Virus record (IMG/VR): IMGVR_UViG_3300007775_000003
Location: 1-50,805 of that record
DNA length: 50,805 nt
Origin: a virus
Taxonomy: Duplodnaviria; Caudoviricetes
Reading direction: 5' to 3' (one strand)
Shown here one piece after another: positions 9,180 through 19,700 of the stretch (positions are counted from its first letter, which is position 1; the number at the start of each line of letters is the position of its first letter). The notes beneath the pieces were generated by a model. That model did no database searches and was not told the origin of the DNA. It saw nothing but the letters and a program-made list of their open reading frames with translations. Made by a program: the position numbers and the translations under genes.

Positions 9180-10256
9180 ATGACGATCATTAATGTCTGT
9201 ACTCCTGGATCAATAGACGGCTGTGATAGTTACGGCCTGATCTGCATCCAACTGGCCCGCGGCCTTACTGCGCTGGGCTGCCACGTCAACCTGTTTGCGC
9301 TGGGCGACAATCGTCACCCTAACCAACCGGCGGACGTGGCGGCCATCACGGTGCAGCCCATCCGGGCGGCGCTGGGTGGGATCATGCTGGGCTATCCGGC
9401 CACCTATGCCCGGCATGGCGCGCTAACCCAAATTGGGCCGCGCGTGGCGCTGACCATGTTCGAGAGCAGTCGCCTGCCGGCGGGGTGGGCGGAGACGCTC
9501 AACACGATGGACGCGGTGATTGTGCCGGGCCGGTTTTGCCGCGATGTATTTTTGGATTGTGGAATTACCACTGCAATCCATATTGCGCCGCTGGGCGTCA
9601 ACGAGATCTACCAACCCGCGGCGCGCAACACGGATGGGCCGTGTACGTTCCTGGCCTTCCTGGATCGGGGACTTCGCAAAGGCGGCCTGGTGGCGCTCCA
9701 TGCGTTTGTGCGGGCGTTTGGGGACGATCCAGAATACCGGTTGATTCTCAAATGCCGGACACCGCGTGTTGAGATGCACATCACGAATCCGAATGTTGAG
9801 ATAGTGCAACGGGACATGAGCGAGACGGAGTTATACGAATTGTACCTATCCGCTCATTGCCTGGTATTCCCCACCAAGGGCGAAGGCTTCGGCTTGCCGC
9901 CGCGTGAGTTTGCCGCGACCGGTGGCATCGCACTCGCCACCGGCTGGGGCGGCACGGCTGACGGTATCGAACAGTGGGGCGTGCCAATACCCTACAAACT
10001 CGTGCCGGCAGATTGGCGCGGGGCCAAACGGTTGGAAGGCCAGCCGCTTGGCGAGTGGGCTGAGGTGGATGTTGCGGATGTGGCCGAGGCCATGCGCTAC
10101 GTGGCGCTGGAACGAGAGCAGTTATTACGCCGGGCGTACAGCCAAGCGCCGCGGGTGCGTGCCATGTATGACTGGCGCAAGTTCGCCGGGCAGGCGTTGA
10201 GTACTTACGAGGGGGTGGCCGATGGCGCTCACAGTCGCTACGCAATCGCAAGCTGA
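9180..10256 (+). CDS. Glycosyltransferase, GT-B fold (GT4-like)
   Basis: RKG motif and FPTKGEGFGLPPRE (EX7E) motif. Confidence 0.9.
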   Translation: MTIINVCTPGSIDGCDSYGLICIQLARGLTALGCHVNLFALGDNRHPNQPADVAAITVQPIRAALGGIMLGYPATYARHGALTQIGPRVALTMFESSRLPAGWAETLNTMDAVIVPGRFCRDVFLDCGITTAIHIAPLGVNEIYQPAARNTDGPCTFLAFLDRGLRKGGLVALHAFVRAFGDDPEYRLILKCRTPRVEMHITNPNVEIVQRDMSETELYELYLSAHCLVFPTKGEGFGLPPREFAATGGIALATGWGGTADGIEQWGVPIPYKLVPADWRGAKRLEGQPLGEWAEVDVADVAEAMRYVALEREQLLRRAYSQAPRVRAMYDWRKFAGQALSTYEGVADGAHSRYAIAS

Positions 10257-10599
10257 CAGATTACGGGCCGATACTAACACTACTACAACCAGTCTGCCGG
10301 ATGCATCGATTGACGACATCTGGACGGAAGCCGGCGAGACATACAGCGGGGTCAGCCTGACCGCCTACACGCGCGTGATTGTCTTTCGGCGCATCCTGGC
10401 TGGGGTAATTCCGCTAAATGACTATCGCCAAAACGAGAGCGAGGAGAAAGCCGGCCAGATGTTTGCCAAAGTCGAAAAGGCGCTCAAATTCTGGCAGGAT
10501 GAACTTGCCGCGGCGGTCGTGTTGGGTGCGGGTAGTGCGGCGCGCTTTGGGCGAACAGCCGGCATACCGGCGCGTGTGAAGGAGTACCCAGGATTATGA
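10222..10599 (+). CDS. Head-tail adaptor (putative)
   Basis: Size and position; GAGGGGG RBS. Confidence 0.55.
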   Translation: MALTVATQSQADRLRADTNTTTTSLPDASIDDIWTEAGETYSGVSLTAYTRVIVFRRILAGVIPLNDYRQNESEEKAGQMFAKVEKALKFWQDELAAAVVLGAGSAARFGRTAGIPARVKEYPGL

Positions 10600-11063
10600 C
10601 CAGTAGCTTACTAAAAAGCGTACAGGACACACGAAAGCATATCGCAAGGGTGGAAGGCTATTTATCCCTCTGTGCTGATCTGTTACGCGGGCGGGCTGCC
10701 CGCCACGATGCCAGCAAACTACAGGAGCCGGAGCTATCCGGCTATGCTGGGTTATCCGACGCGCTGCAAGGGTTGCAGTACGGCACGCCGGAGCATCGAG
10801 CGGCCTTCGCACCATTCAAGGCGATCATTCAACATCACTATGAGCACAACAGCCATCATCCAGAGTACTGGCCGGATGGCGTCGATGACATGAGTTTGCT
10901 TGATGTAATCGAAATGTTGTGTGACTGGAAAGCGGCTAGCGAACGGGGGAATGGTGATTTTGCCGAGTCTATCAGGGTCAGTATGGAGAGATTCAAAATT
11001 AGCGATCAACTGGCAGCGATTCTCCTCAATACTGCCACAGAGATCGGTTGGGTGAACCCATGA
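10596..11063 (+). CDS. DUF5662-like HD-type protein
   Basis: HDASKL, HHYEHNSHHPEYW and EMLCDW motifs. Confidence 0.75.
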   Translation: MTSSLLKSVQDTRKHIARVEGYLSLCADLLRGRAARHDASKLQEPELSGYAGLSDALQGLQYGTPEHRAAFAPFKAIIQHHYEHNSHHPEYWPDGVDDMSLLDVIEMLCDWKAASERGNGDFAESIRVSMERFKISDQLAAILLNTATEIGWVNP

Positions 11064-11446
11064 GCATCAGCCTATCTTCCTGGTTCGGCGTCGCCAGCGC
11101 ACTCGCGCCTACCCCGACCGCAACCGAGGCCCAGCGCGCCGCCCTGGCGTGGAAGCGCATTCAGGACAAGCCTGCATCGGTCGCGTTCAAGACCGCGGCC
11201 GGCACAACCCTGGCCGCGCAAACGGTGCGGCTCGAATCCGACAGCAACGCCAGCCAGGCCACGAGCGCCGCCGGTCTTGCGCCGGTGCGGCGTGTGGTGG
11301 TGTTTGGTGTGCGTAATCACGCCACGGTTGCGGACACTAACATGGCGGAGGGTTACAGGTTCGTTTACGGTTCGGATCAGCTAAGAATCGTTGACATAAT
11401 TCTCACGCTGGGTGAGGTTCAGGGGATAGGGGAGGCTACCGGATGA
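11060..11446 (+). CDS. Head closure/neck protein (putative)
   Basis: Beta-rich 128 aa protein in neck position. Confidence 0.55.
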   Translation: MSISLSSWFGVASALAPTPTATEAQRAALAWKRIQDKPASVAFKTAAGTTLAAQTVRLESDSNASQATSAAGLAPVRRVVVFGVRNHATVADTNMAEGYRFVYGSDQLRIVDIILTLGEVQGIGEATG

Positions 11447-12081
11447 CAAAGCGCGCATTTCTCGTACTCGGCCCCGAATCGAGCGGCACGCGGCTGATGA
11501 CTTGCCTGCTCATTTCCGCCGGCTGCTACGGCGACGATGGCCACGAGCAGCGGCTAGATCACGGGTTGCCGGTTGCCGAACCGCTCATTGTCTGGCGGCG
11601 CAGTTTGCCGCACCGCGGAGAATGGCCGGACTTGCGCGCCATAATCCGTAATCTAAAAGGCGCTGGCTATGAGACTACAGCGCTGGTGATGAGCCGCGAT
11701 TGGCACGCGTTGGTGCAAAGTCAACTTGCCGCACCGCACGCATTGGACACGGAGACGGCGCTGGCGCAAATTCGCCAGGCGTATGCGCTAATTTTCTACA
11801 TGTTGCACGTGACCGACACGCCGAGCGAGATTGTGAATCTGGAAGCGCTGATCCAGCGGCCAAACGAAGTGGCCGGCCACTTGATGCAGCGGCTGGGATT
11901 GCCCCAGCCAACGGGCGTTGAGATTTACGACGCTAACGCAAAATACTACAGCGCGCTGCCACTGGTGCGAGACGCGGAGACGGTGCGCCGCGTGATGATG
12001 GAGAAATACGGTTTCGAGCCGACTTCTGAGTTTATTGCGGATTTTGTTAGCTTCGTTGAGGCGATGACAGATGAGTCGTGA
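11443..12081 (+). CDS. Sulfotransferase-like P-loop protein
   Basis: 5'-PSB-like FLVLGPESSGT, 3'-PB-like VMSRDxxxxxxS, and VNLEALIQRP resembling YEDLxxxP. Confidence 0.7.
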   Translation: MTKRAFLVLGPESSGTRLMTCLLISAGCYGDDGHEQRLDHGLPVAEPLIVWRRSLPHRGEWPDLRAIIRNLKGAGYETTALVMSRDWHALVQSQLAAPHALDTETALAQIRQAYALIFYMLHVTDTPSEIVNLEALIQRPNEVAGHLMQRLGLPQPTGVEIYDANAKYYSALPLVRDAETVRRVMMEKYGFEPTSEFIADFVSFVEAMTDES

Positions 12082-12520
12082 ATCGGATGTCGCCACACGC
12101 CTAAATGACGTAACGCTGTTGGCCACGCTGACCGGCGGCATATTCCAATACAGCGCTGTAGGGCTGGAAGGCATCACGCGCGAGACCGCCGCCGCGTTCG
12201 ACGGGTCTGGATGGCTGAAACCCTGTGCGCTGGTCAAGCAACGCGGTTTGATACCCGATGGGATTCTACAGGACGAAATGGTGCAGAAGATCAGCACGCG
12301 CCAGGTGGTGGAGGTTTGGTTCTACGCCGACAGCGGAGCCGGTTACGCCGGCCTTGACACAGCGATGGCGCGGGTGTTTGTACTGCTCTATGGCTACCAG
12401 TTCACCGGTGCGTTTCCGGCGCAACTGGTCAACGTGATTGACCGACAGCGCGATGTCGGCGCACTGACCGGCGCGTGCATGGCGCGACAAGATTGGTTGA
12501 TTGTGAGTATTTTTGGATAA
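12071..12520 (+). CDS. Tail terminator/completion protein (putative)
   Basis: Directly before the tail tube gene; size. Confidence 0.55.
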   Translation: MSRESDVATRLNDVTLLATLTGGIFQYSAVGLEGITRETAAAFDGSGWLKPCALVKQRGLIPDGILQDEMVQKISTRQVVEVWFYADSGAGYAGLDTAMARVFVLLYGYQFTGAFPAQLVNVIDRQRDVGALTGACMARQDWLIVSIFG

Positions 12521-12532
12521 GGAGTTTATACA

Positions 12533-13084
12533 ATGCCTTTGCAAACGTTCCACAGAGGGTTGCGCGATCTAAAAGTGGCCTCATGGACTTCGCCCGCTTC
12601 GTATGGCACCGCCTACGACGTGCTGGGCGCGCGCGAGATGTCCGTTGAGTTCCAGATGGAGACGGACGAATTGCGCGGGGATGACGTAGTTTTGGATCGG
12701 TACACTCGTTTGGTGGCGGCCACATTCCGCCTTAGCAACGCCGCCGTCGATCTCAATTTGCTCGACATTCTGCTTGGCGGTACGTTGGTATCGAATGCCA
12801 GTTACGAAGACTTCTTTGTCGGTGAGAATGATGACGTGCCCTATGTCGCCATTGCAGGCAGGGTGGTGGGCAGTGGCGGCACGAATGACCTGCATATTTT
12901 CGCGCCCAAATGCAAATTGGCCGGTAACCTGCAATACTCGGCACAGGTGGACACCTACCTGATTCCGCAGGCCCAATTTCAAGCGGTGCATGAAGGCACG
13001 GCCAATGGGATTATTCGCCTGCGCAATTTCACCGCTGCCACCGGCCTCGAGATTCCTCTGCGTACTAGCACCGGAGGACTGTAA
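12533..13084 (+). CDS. Major tail tube protein
   Basis: GLRDLKVA and DELRGDD motifs typical of siphovirus tube proteins; AAGGAG RBS. Confidence 0.8.
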   Translation: MPLQTFHRGLRDLKVASWTSPASYGTAYDVLGAREMSVEFQMETDELRGDDVVLDRYTRLVAATFRLSNAAVDLNLLDILLGGTLVSNASYEDFFVGENDDVPYVAIAGRVVGSGGTNDLHIFAPKCKLAGNLQYSAQVDTYLIPQAQFQAVHEGTANGIIRLRNFTAATGLEIPLRTSTGGL

Positions 13085-13545
13085 TGGCGGACACCCCTAC
13101 GCCGGGTAACGAGTGGCGCAAGCCGCGCGAGGAAGGTTACGTGATTAAGCTAATCACGTCCGGCAACACTGTGCGCCTGCGTCCGGTGGCGCTCGACATG
13201 CTGATCGCGAGCGGTTCCATCCCCGACATTCTCACGCCGGCGGCGGCAAAAATCCTGTGGGATGGACCAGACGCCGGCCTGATTGCCGCGCGCAGCGAGA
13301 TAGACCACGAGTTTATCGACCTGGTGAACGTGGTTGTGCCGGCCGCCATGCTGTACCCGCGCGTGGTGGACACCCCGCAGGCGGATGACGAAATCTCACT
13401 CGATGATCTCGACTTTAGCGATAAGGTCGCGATCTATCAGCTTGCCATTCAGCCCGCGGCGGTGCTGCGTCGCTTTCGTGACCAACAAGCGACAGATGTG
13501 GAGCTTGTACGTGACGGCCAAGACGACGAGCCAGCGCCCGAGTAG
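13084..13545 (+). CDS. Tail assembly chaperone (G)
   Basis: Between tube and tape measure genes; contains ...RRFR... (CGC TTT CGT). Confidence 0.75.
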   Translation: MADTPTPGNEWRKPREEGYVIKLITSGNTVRLRPVALDMLIASGSIPDILTPAAAKILWDGPDAGLIAARSEIDHEFIDLVNVVVPAAMLYPRVVDTPQADDEISLDDLDFSDKVAIYQLAIQPAAVLRRFRDQQATDVELVRDGQDDEPAPE

Positions 13546-13786
13546 CTTAGTGAAAATCCAGGATGATTGGGCGGCGCTGCAATTCGACAATGCGGTGACG
13601 CTGCTAGGACTGGCCATCGAAAACGCGGCGCAGGAACTAGAGAAAGTGGGCGACGACATGAAGCCTAGATACACGATGGCGCAACTACTCGACCAGGGAT
13701 TCCGCCTGCCGGCTAACGCCGAACCGGACGCAGATACAGCTATGTTGCGCGGGGTCGATGGTGTGATATTCGACGAGGTGGGCTAA
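13475..13786 (+). CDS. Tail assembly chaperone extension (T), +1 frame, probably reached by frameshift
   Basis: Overlapping +1 ORF with no obvious RBS; ends TAATG-coupled to the next gene. Confidence 0.65.
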   Translation, partial: FVTNKRQMWSLYVTAKTTSQRPSSLVKIQDDWAALQFDNAVTLLGLAIENAAQELEKVGDDMKPRYTMAQLLDQGFRLPANAEPDADTAMLRGVDGVIFDEVG

Positions 13787-14148
13787 TGCCCTTCATATGG
13801 CAACGCCGGCCAGAACAGGCTTTGGGCGAACTGACCGAAGCCTACGTACTAGCCATCCGGCGGGGGGTGCTGGTGCTGGCGGAGCGCTATACCGGCGAAA
13901 TAGAATCATGGATGAAAGACAACGCGCCGTGGACGGACCGCACGGGCGAGGCGCGCCGCACGCTACACAGCGAAGTGCTGGAGATTGCCGATCAGGCCGT
14001 AGTCATCATCCTGGGGCATGGCCAGGATTATGGCGTATTTCTCGAACTAAAATTCGGTGGGCGTGATTCCGTGATATTCCCGGCACTCGATTATTTTCTG
14101 CCACGCATTGGGGCCGACGTGCAAGTCATGTTGAGGGGGATTCGCTAA
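13786..14148 (+). CDS. HK97 gp10-like neck/tail protein
   Basis: NAPWTDRTGEARR and YGVFLE motifs. Confidence 0.8.
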   Translation: MPFIWQRRPEQALGELTEAYVLAIRRGVLVLAERYTGEIESWMKDNAPWTDRTGEARRTLHSEVLEIADQAVVIILGHGQDYGVFLELKFGGRDSVIFPALDYFLPRIGADVQVMLRGIR

Positions 14149-16421
14149 TGGGTTTCGGCGCAGTAACAGGCGGATTTGCCGGCGGCACAGAGTTAGGGGC
14201 CGCTCATGGCTCCGTCGTCATCGACCTGGATCAGCTGCGCAGCGCAGCGCAAACAGCGCGCCAACTGGGTCGCCAAATCGAGCAGTCGCTGGGTGGCATT
14301 TCCGCCGGCACACAAAAGGCCGAGGCTGGTATCGGGAGTCTGTCGGCCTCACTCACGCGTCTGGGCGGCGCGTTCGGCATCGTGGGCGGTGCGGCTGCGT
14401 TGGTGGCGATCACGCGCTTTGTCGGACAATCAGACGCGCTGGCTACATCCTACCGGCGGCAGAACGTGGCCGCAGAGAGTTTGGCCGGGTCGCAACAGAA
14501 GTTAAATGCGTTGCTAACAACCTACGACCGTGTAACCGGCGGCGTGATCGGCAAGGCGCAGGCGCTGGCTGATGTGACATCACTCCAGGCGATTGGGTTT
14601 GCCGACACAACGCAGGAGATGGAGCGCTTCGTCACCGCGGCACGCGGGATTAGTATAGCGACCGGGCGCAGCCTGGATTACGTCATCAGCCAATTGCAGC
14701 TTGCCATTGCCAATCAATCGGCGCTGCGGCTTGACCAAATCGGGCTAGGTGTTGACGAGGTTCAAAACAGGGTTGAACAATTAAAAAACTCCGAGACCGG
14801 CCTGACTGACGCGATGGTTTACCAAAACGCCGTTCTGGGCCTCGCTGAGCAGAAGTTTGGGGCGTTGGTAAAATCGGTCGAAGCGCAAGCCACCGGCGCG
14901 GAGAAAGCGCGCAAAGCCTGGCGAGATTTGTCGCTCGTGGTCGGGGAGACATTCGGGCCGGCAGTTTCAGCCGTGCTATCTGGCATTGCGCGCGAGGTCG
15001 ATGGACTGGCGGCCAGCCTGCAACATGTCGCCGCAATTCTGGCCGCCATCCGCGCGGGCGATTTTAACGCGTACATTAAAACATCGATTGATTTTGGCAA
15101 CGCCATCCTGGGGCGTGCCGGGCCGGCCGCAACCCCTGGCGGTGGAACAGGCGGACAAGACCCGATGGTCGAGCAGGACACAAATTTCGCTGCCCGCCGC
15201 GAGGCCAGGATTGACTTTGCGCGCCAGATCCAGGAGATCGAACGCGACGCCAACGAGCAGCGCCTGGACGCCACTCGCAGCTACGAGAGCCAACGTAGCC
15301 AGACCATCTCCGAGTACGAGCGCACCATCGCCCGCGAAGCCGAGGATTTTGGCCGGCAACGCCTGCGCGCGCAGGAGGCTTTCCTACGCCAGATCGGTGA
15401 CATCGAGGAGGCAGGCCGCCGGCGCAATGCAGAGATGGCGGCCGACCTGGTCGAGCGTATCGGGGAACTGACCAGCGACAGCGGCCAACGCATTGCCGAA
15501 GCGCAAGCCGACACCAACAAGCGCATCCAGGAAATCGAAGCCGACTACCAGCGCAACCGCGAGCGCGCCGAACGTGACCACCGCGACCGCCTCTTTGACG
15601 CCGCCGCGCGGTTGGATGCGGTGGCCGTGTTCACCGAGCAGCGCAATTTCAAGCGCCAGCAAGCGGACGCCGACGAAGCGCACCGCGAGCAGATTGACAA
15701 ACTAAACGACCAACTAGCGGAACGCACACAGAAAGAGCAGCAGAATCTAGCCGAACGCATTGCGCAGGAACAGCGCGCCAACGCCAAGCGCCTGGCCGAA
15801 GCGAAAGCGGCCGACGACCAGCGCATTGCCGACATGCGCGAAGAGTTCGCCCGCCGGCTGGCGGAGGAAGACGCTGATCGAGCCATTCGTTTGGCGCGCA
15901 TGGCGGAAGACCACGCCGCCCAACTGGCACAGCAGGCCGCCGCCCAGGCCGAACGCCTGGCGCAGATCGACCGCCACGCCGCCGAGGAACGCAAGGCCGC
16001 CGAGGACGCGCATCTAAAACAGATGCAGGAGCTGGGTGGTGTGGTGGCGAAGGGTTGGCTGCTGATCCAGGAGGCCATCCAGAAAGCTATGCTGAAATCC
16101 TACGACGAGTTCAACAAAGATTTAGCGAAACGCGACAAACGCTTGATGCAGGCTATGTCCGAAGCCGAAGCCGGCCCATCCGGCGGGCTGAATCTTGCCA
16201 ACCTGCCCGGCTACGCCACCGGCGGCTGGGTCAATCGCACGGGCTTGGCCATGGTGCATCAGGGTGAGTACGTGATGAACCGCCAGCAGGCCCAACGCGC
16301 CGGCGGCTCACTCACCATCGGCGCGTTGAACGTCTACGGCACGCCGGGCATGAACGAGCAGGATTTGGCGCGGGCGGTTCGGGGTGAATTGGTTTCTGTG
16401 CTGAGAGGGGTGGCAAATTGA
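14148..16421 (+). CDS. Tape measure protein
   Basis: 757 aa, long Ala/Glu/Arg coiled coil; C-terminal GYATGGWV...AMVHQGEYV. Confidence 0.9.
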   Translation: MGFGAVTGGFAGGTELGAAHGSVVIDLDQLRSAAQTARQLGRQIEQSLGGISAGTQKAEAGIGSLSASLTRLGGAFGIVGGAAALVAITRFVGQSDALATSYRRQNVAAESLAGSQQKLNALLTTYDRVTGGVIGKAQALADVTSLQAIGFADTTQEMERFVTAARGISIATGRSLDYVISQLQLAIANQSALRLDQIGLGVDEVQNRVEQLKNSETGLTDAMVYQNAVLGLAEQKFGALVKSVEAQATGAEKARKAWRDLSLVVGETFGPAVSAVLSGIAREVDGLAASLQHVAAILAAIRAGDFNAYIKTSIDFGNAILGRAGPAATPGGGTGGQDPMVEQDTNFAARREARIDFARQIQEIERDANEQRLDATRSYESQRSQTISEYERTIAREAEDFGRQRLRAQEAFLRQIGDIEEAGRRRNAEMAADLVERIGELTSDSGQRIAEAQADTNKRIQEIEADYQRNRERAERDHRDRLFDAAARLDAVAVFTEQRNFKRQQADADEAHREQIDKLNDQLAERTQKEQQNLAERIAQEQRANAKRLAEAKAADDQRIADMREEFARRLAEEDADRAIRLARMAEDHAAQLAQQAAAQAERLAQIDRHAAEERKAAEDAHLKQMQELGGVVAKGWLLIQEAIQKAMLKSYDEFNKDLAKRDKRLMQAMSEAEAGPSGGLNLANLPGYATGGWVNRTGLAMVHQGEYVMNRQQAQRAGGSLTIGALNVYGTPGMNEQDLARAVRGELVSVLRGVAN

Positions 16422-16798
16422 GCGACTATCGAGCCTATGTGGGGCATGATGTTGCGCTGAGCTCACTCACCGTTCTTTCGCCGCAACCACACAGCGCCGG
16501 CATCAAAGCGAGCCAACGCACCTACGCGGCGTCGGGCGCGGTCTACGATCAGGGGTTGTATGTTGAGTTGGAGTGGGATTTATTGGGCAAAGTCGCCACC
16601 TACACGACGGTGCTGACCGTCTTCGGCTTGCACAATGTGCTATTTGCAAACGTGACCGTTTACGTGCGCAATCGCATTTTTAGCTACGTGCGCATGAATG
16701 GCGTGGCGGTCCGTCCGCAGCCGGGGCCGGAGGTGGATTGGAACATCTTCCCACGGAACATTAAAATTCTCGTCAAAGATTTGGTGGCGGCGGTATGA
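16418..16798 (+). CDS. Distal tail protein (putative)
   Basis: Directly after the tape measure gene. Confidence 0.55.
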   Translation: MSDYRAYVGHDVALSSLTVLSPQPHSAGIKASQRTYAASGAVYDQGLYVELEWDLLGKVATYTTVLTVFGLHNVLFANVTVYVRNRIFSYVRMNGVAVRPQPGPEVDWNIFPRNIKILVKDLVAAV

Positions 16799-19700
16799 GA
16801 TTATTTTTACTTTTGCCGTCTATTGTTTTCGCCGCTCGCGTCAATGAGCCGGCGGGCGTGCTCTATCCGCTGAATTCCGTTGATTTTGACGGTGTGACCA
16901 CTGGCGCGTACACGGATGTACTCCCTGGCCAGACTGTCATCTTCGGGAGCGCCGCCGGCTTTGACGACTTGGGCCGGCAGCGTGTGCGCAAAGCGCCGAC
17001 CGCCAGCGAACTCTACATTGGGCGGAGTAGTCTAGGCGTTCGCGACGGCGAAGTTAACATTATCGACAACGCCTATATTACCGTGCTGGATGACTACCGC
17101 ATTTGGAGTAAGATCCCGTTTTTCGATACCGATGGCTTACAGTTCAAAGACTCGGATTTGGCCTACGTCGACCAGACCCTTGAGCCGCCGCCGGTGGCCA
17201 ATTGTGGGCCGGGCACGGCCGGCACGATTGACCCGGCGGACGATCTGCTCGACGTTGCTTTTAGCGCCGCCGCCTCGATCGCTGTGGCCGATGGCGCGAC
17301 GATTACCGGCTGGGCCTGGAATCTAGGCGACGGCAATGTGATCGCCGGCGACAGCGACGAAGAAGATGTGACCGCCGAATTCCCCGCCGGCTTCCGCTGG
17401 GTGTCATTGACCGTGCAGGATAGCAACGGCAAAACGCACACGGCGCGCTGTCCAGTGTTGGCAATCGACCCAGACGACGATCCAACTATACGCGCTTTTG
17501 AGATCGAGACCCACCGCATCACGCCGCAGGGTCAACAGCTTGCCGTGCGCGTACGCGAGGACATTAGCCTGGCTAGTTATCCCGACGGCACGCTTGTTCT
17601 ATTGTGGGATAGCGAGCCGGCGGATGAGAGCGACCGTAGCCACATGCAATTTATCGGTTGGATCCAGCAGGAGCCGATTGACCAACAGGCCCAGCGCACG
17701 GGATTTTTGCAGGATGTAACACTAAACTGTGTAGATGTGGCCGGGCGGCTGGCCACCCTGCCCGGTTTCCCGCAGATCATCGAAAATGAAGACGCGCCTG
17801 AAAACTGGTCACAGATGAACGCGCCCAACATCGACAAATATTTGCATTATCTTTTGCACTGGCACAGCACGGCGCTGGAACTAGCAGATTGGACGTGGAG
17901 CGGAACCGGCGACGATTACGAGTTCCAAGCGCTCGCCAGCGACGGACAGAATCTATTTGACCAGGTGGAACAGCGCGCTGGCGCAATTGTGCCCGACCAC
18001 CATCTGACCTGCAACCGGCTGGGCCAGTTGCAAACGGTGGTTGATCCGATGCTCCAGGATACCGCCGACCGCACAGCCACCGAGCAGGCGACCATTACGC
18101 TGGCGGACTGGTCAGCCGTGCGCTACGAACGCACACGCCCCCCGCGCGTCTACTGGCTACGCGGCAGCGCCATCAAGGCGCAGAGCGTGCCGGAGATCGA
18201 AGTATTTTTCTGTGAGTCGCCAGGTCACACGCCGGGCCAGGGTGAGCAGGAGATGACGCACGGCGAGCAACTAGCCATTAGCCAAGCCGACTTGAACACC
18301 GTTACCGGCCACCGCTATGCGCGCATTAACGCGCCACAAAGCAAATTCACGGTGTCGCTGGCGACCGGCGACGATCTGGGCATCGAGCCGGCGGATCTGA
18401 CCTGGGTGCGCTTGGTGGTGGGTGCGGCGCAGCGCACGCCTGGCCAGACGTTTGACCGCCGCGGGCTAGTGGCGGAACTCAACATTCGCTATGACCATCA
18501 GCGGACGGGGCTGGTGAAAACGGTTGAGATGGTATGGGAGCGAGAGACATCTGGCACGCCGGCGGTGACAGTAATACCGAGCGCGGCGGAGCCGGTGCCC
18601 GATGGGGATTGGTGGGTGCCGCCGCCAGTGGAGGAGTGGATTCCGCCGTCATTTGGTGATCCGACCGTCTATTATGGAGTACCGGCTGGATATGTACTAT
18701 GGGATGGCGCACATATTATGCGCACCTGGGATGTACTGGACTCCTCACCAACCTGGGCGCTGATTGATTCCGGCATTTCTGGTAATATCGAAGATTTGCA
18801 ATATGTCCACACCGGCGCGGACACGGTGGGCGGCTGGTTAAAAACTTCTACAGCGATTTTCTGGTGCGCAGATTTACTGGCCACGACGCCAACGTGGACG
18901 AATGTATTGGCGCTATCAACCGTACAGGCTACAGACGCCACACCGGCCAGCGGCGTGGTAACATTTCAGTGTATGTCGCATTATCCCAGCCAACCAGGTA
19001 CGCTCACGGTTGCCACCGGCCCCAACGCGGCTGAAACATTCAATACAACCTATCAACACGGTTATTTTTGGCTTACTGAGGATTATGGCGCGAATTGGAC
19101 GCAGATCGATACGGATTACCTGCTGGAAACATTCACGAGTTCTACGCGTGGTTACTGTCATTCTGCATTGTACGCAATGGACACCTTCCACAGCAGTCCT
19201 GGCACAATTTACTGTGTGCGCGCCACGCCAGTGATCGGCAACCGCTTTGTTCAGGTACTTGTTTCAGAGGACCGCGGGCTGACCTGGGCGAAAGTGCAAA
19301 GCCTTGAACCGGATGGCAATAATCGGCGCGACTTCTCATTACTGCATCCATTCCCGGACGCTGCATCCGCCAGCTACGGAATGCACGGACCAATCAGTGG
19401 TGATACACGACCATTAGGATATGTTTCCACGGATGGTTGGGCCACCAAAACGCAACTCACGCTGCCTAGCGGTTACGGCGGCTTTTCGAGTTTGTGGCGT
19501 TTCAACAAACGCACGTTTGACGATGACCATGTAATGGCCTGGATGCGCAATAGCACGTCTACATTCTATGAGCTAATGGAGTCCTATGACCAGGGAGCGA
19601 CCTGGGCGAGTCTTTTCGACAGCGGCCTGGCAGGACAATCCGTTAGCAACACGGGCAACATTTCTCTGGGCAACTGTGCCGCATACAACACGCCTAACGG

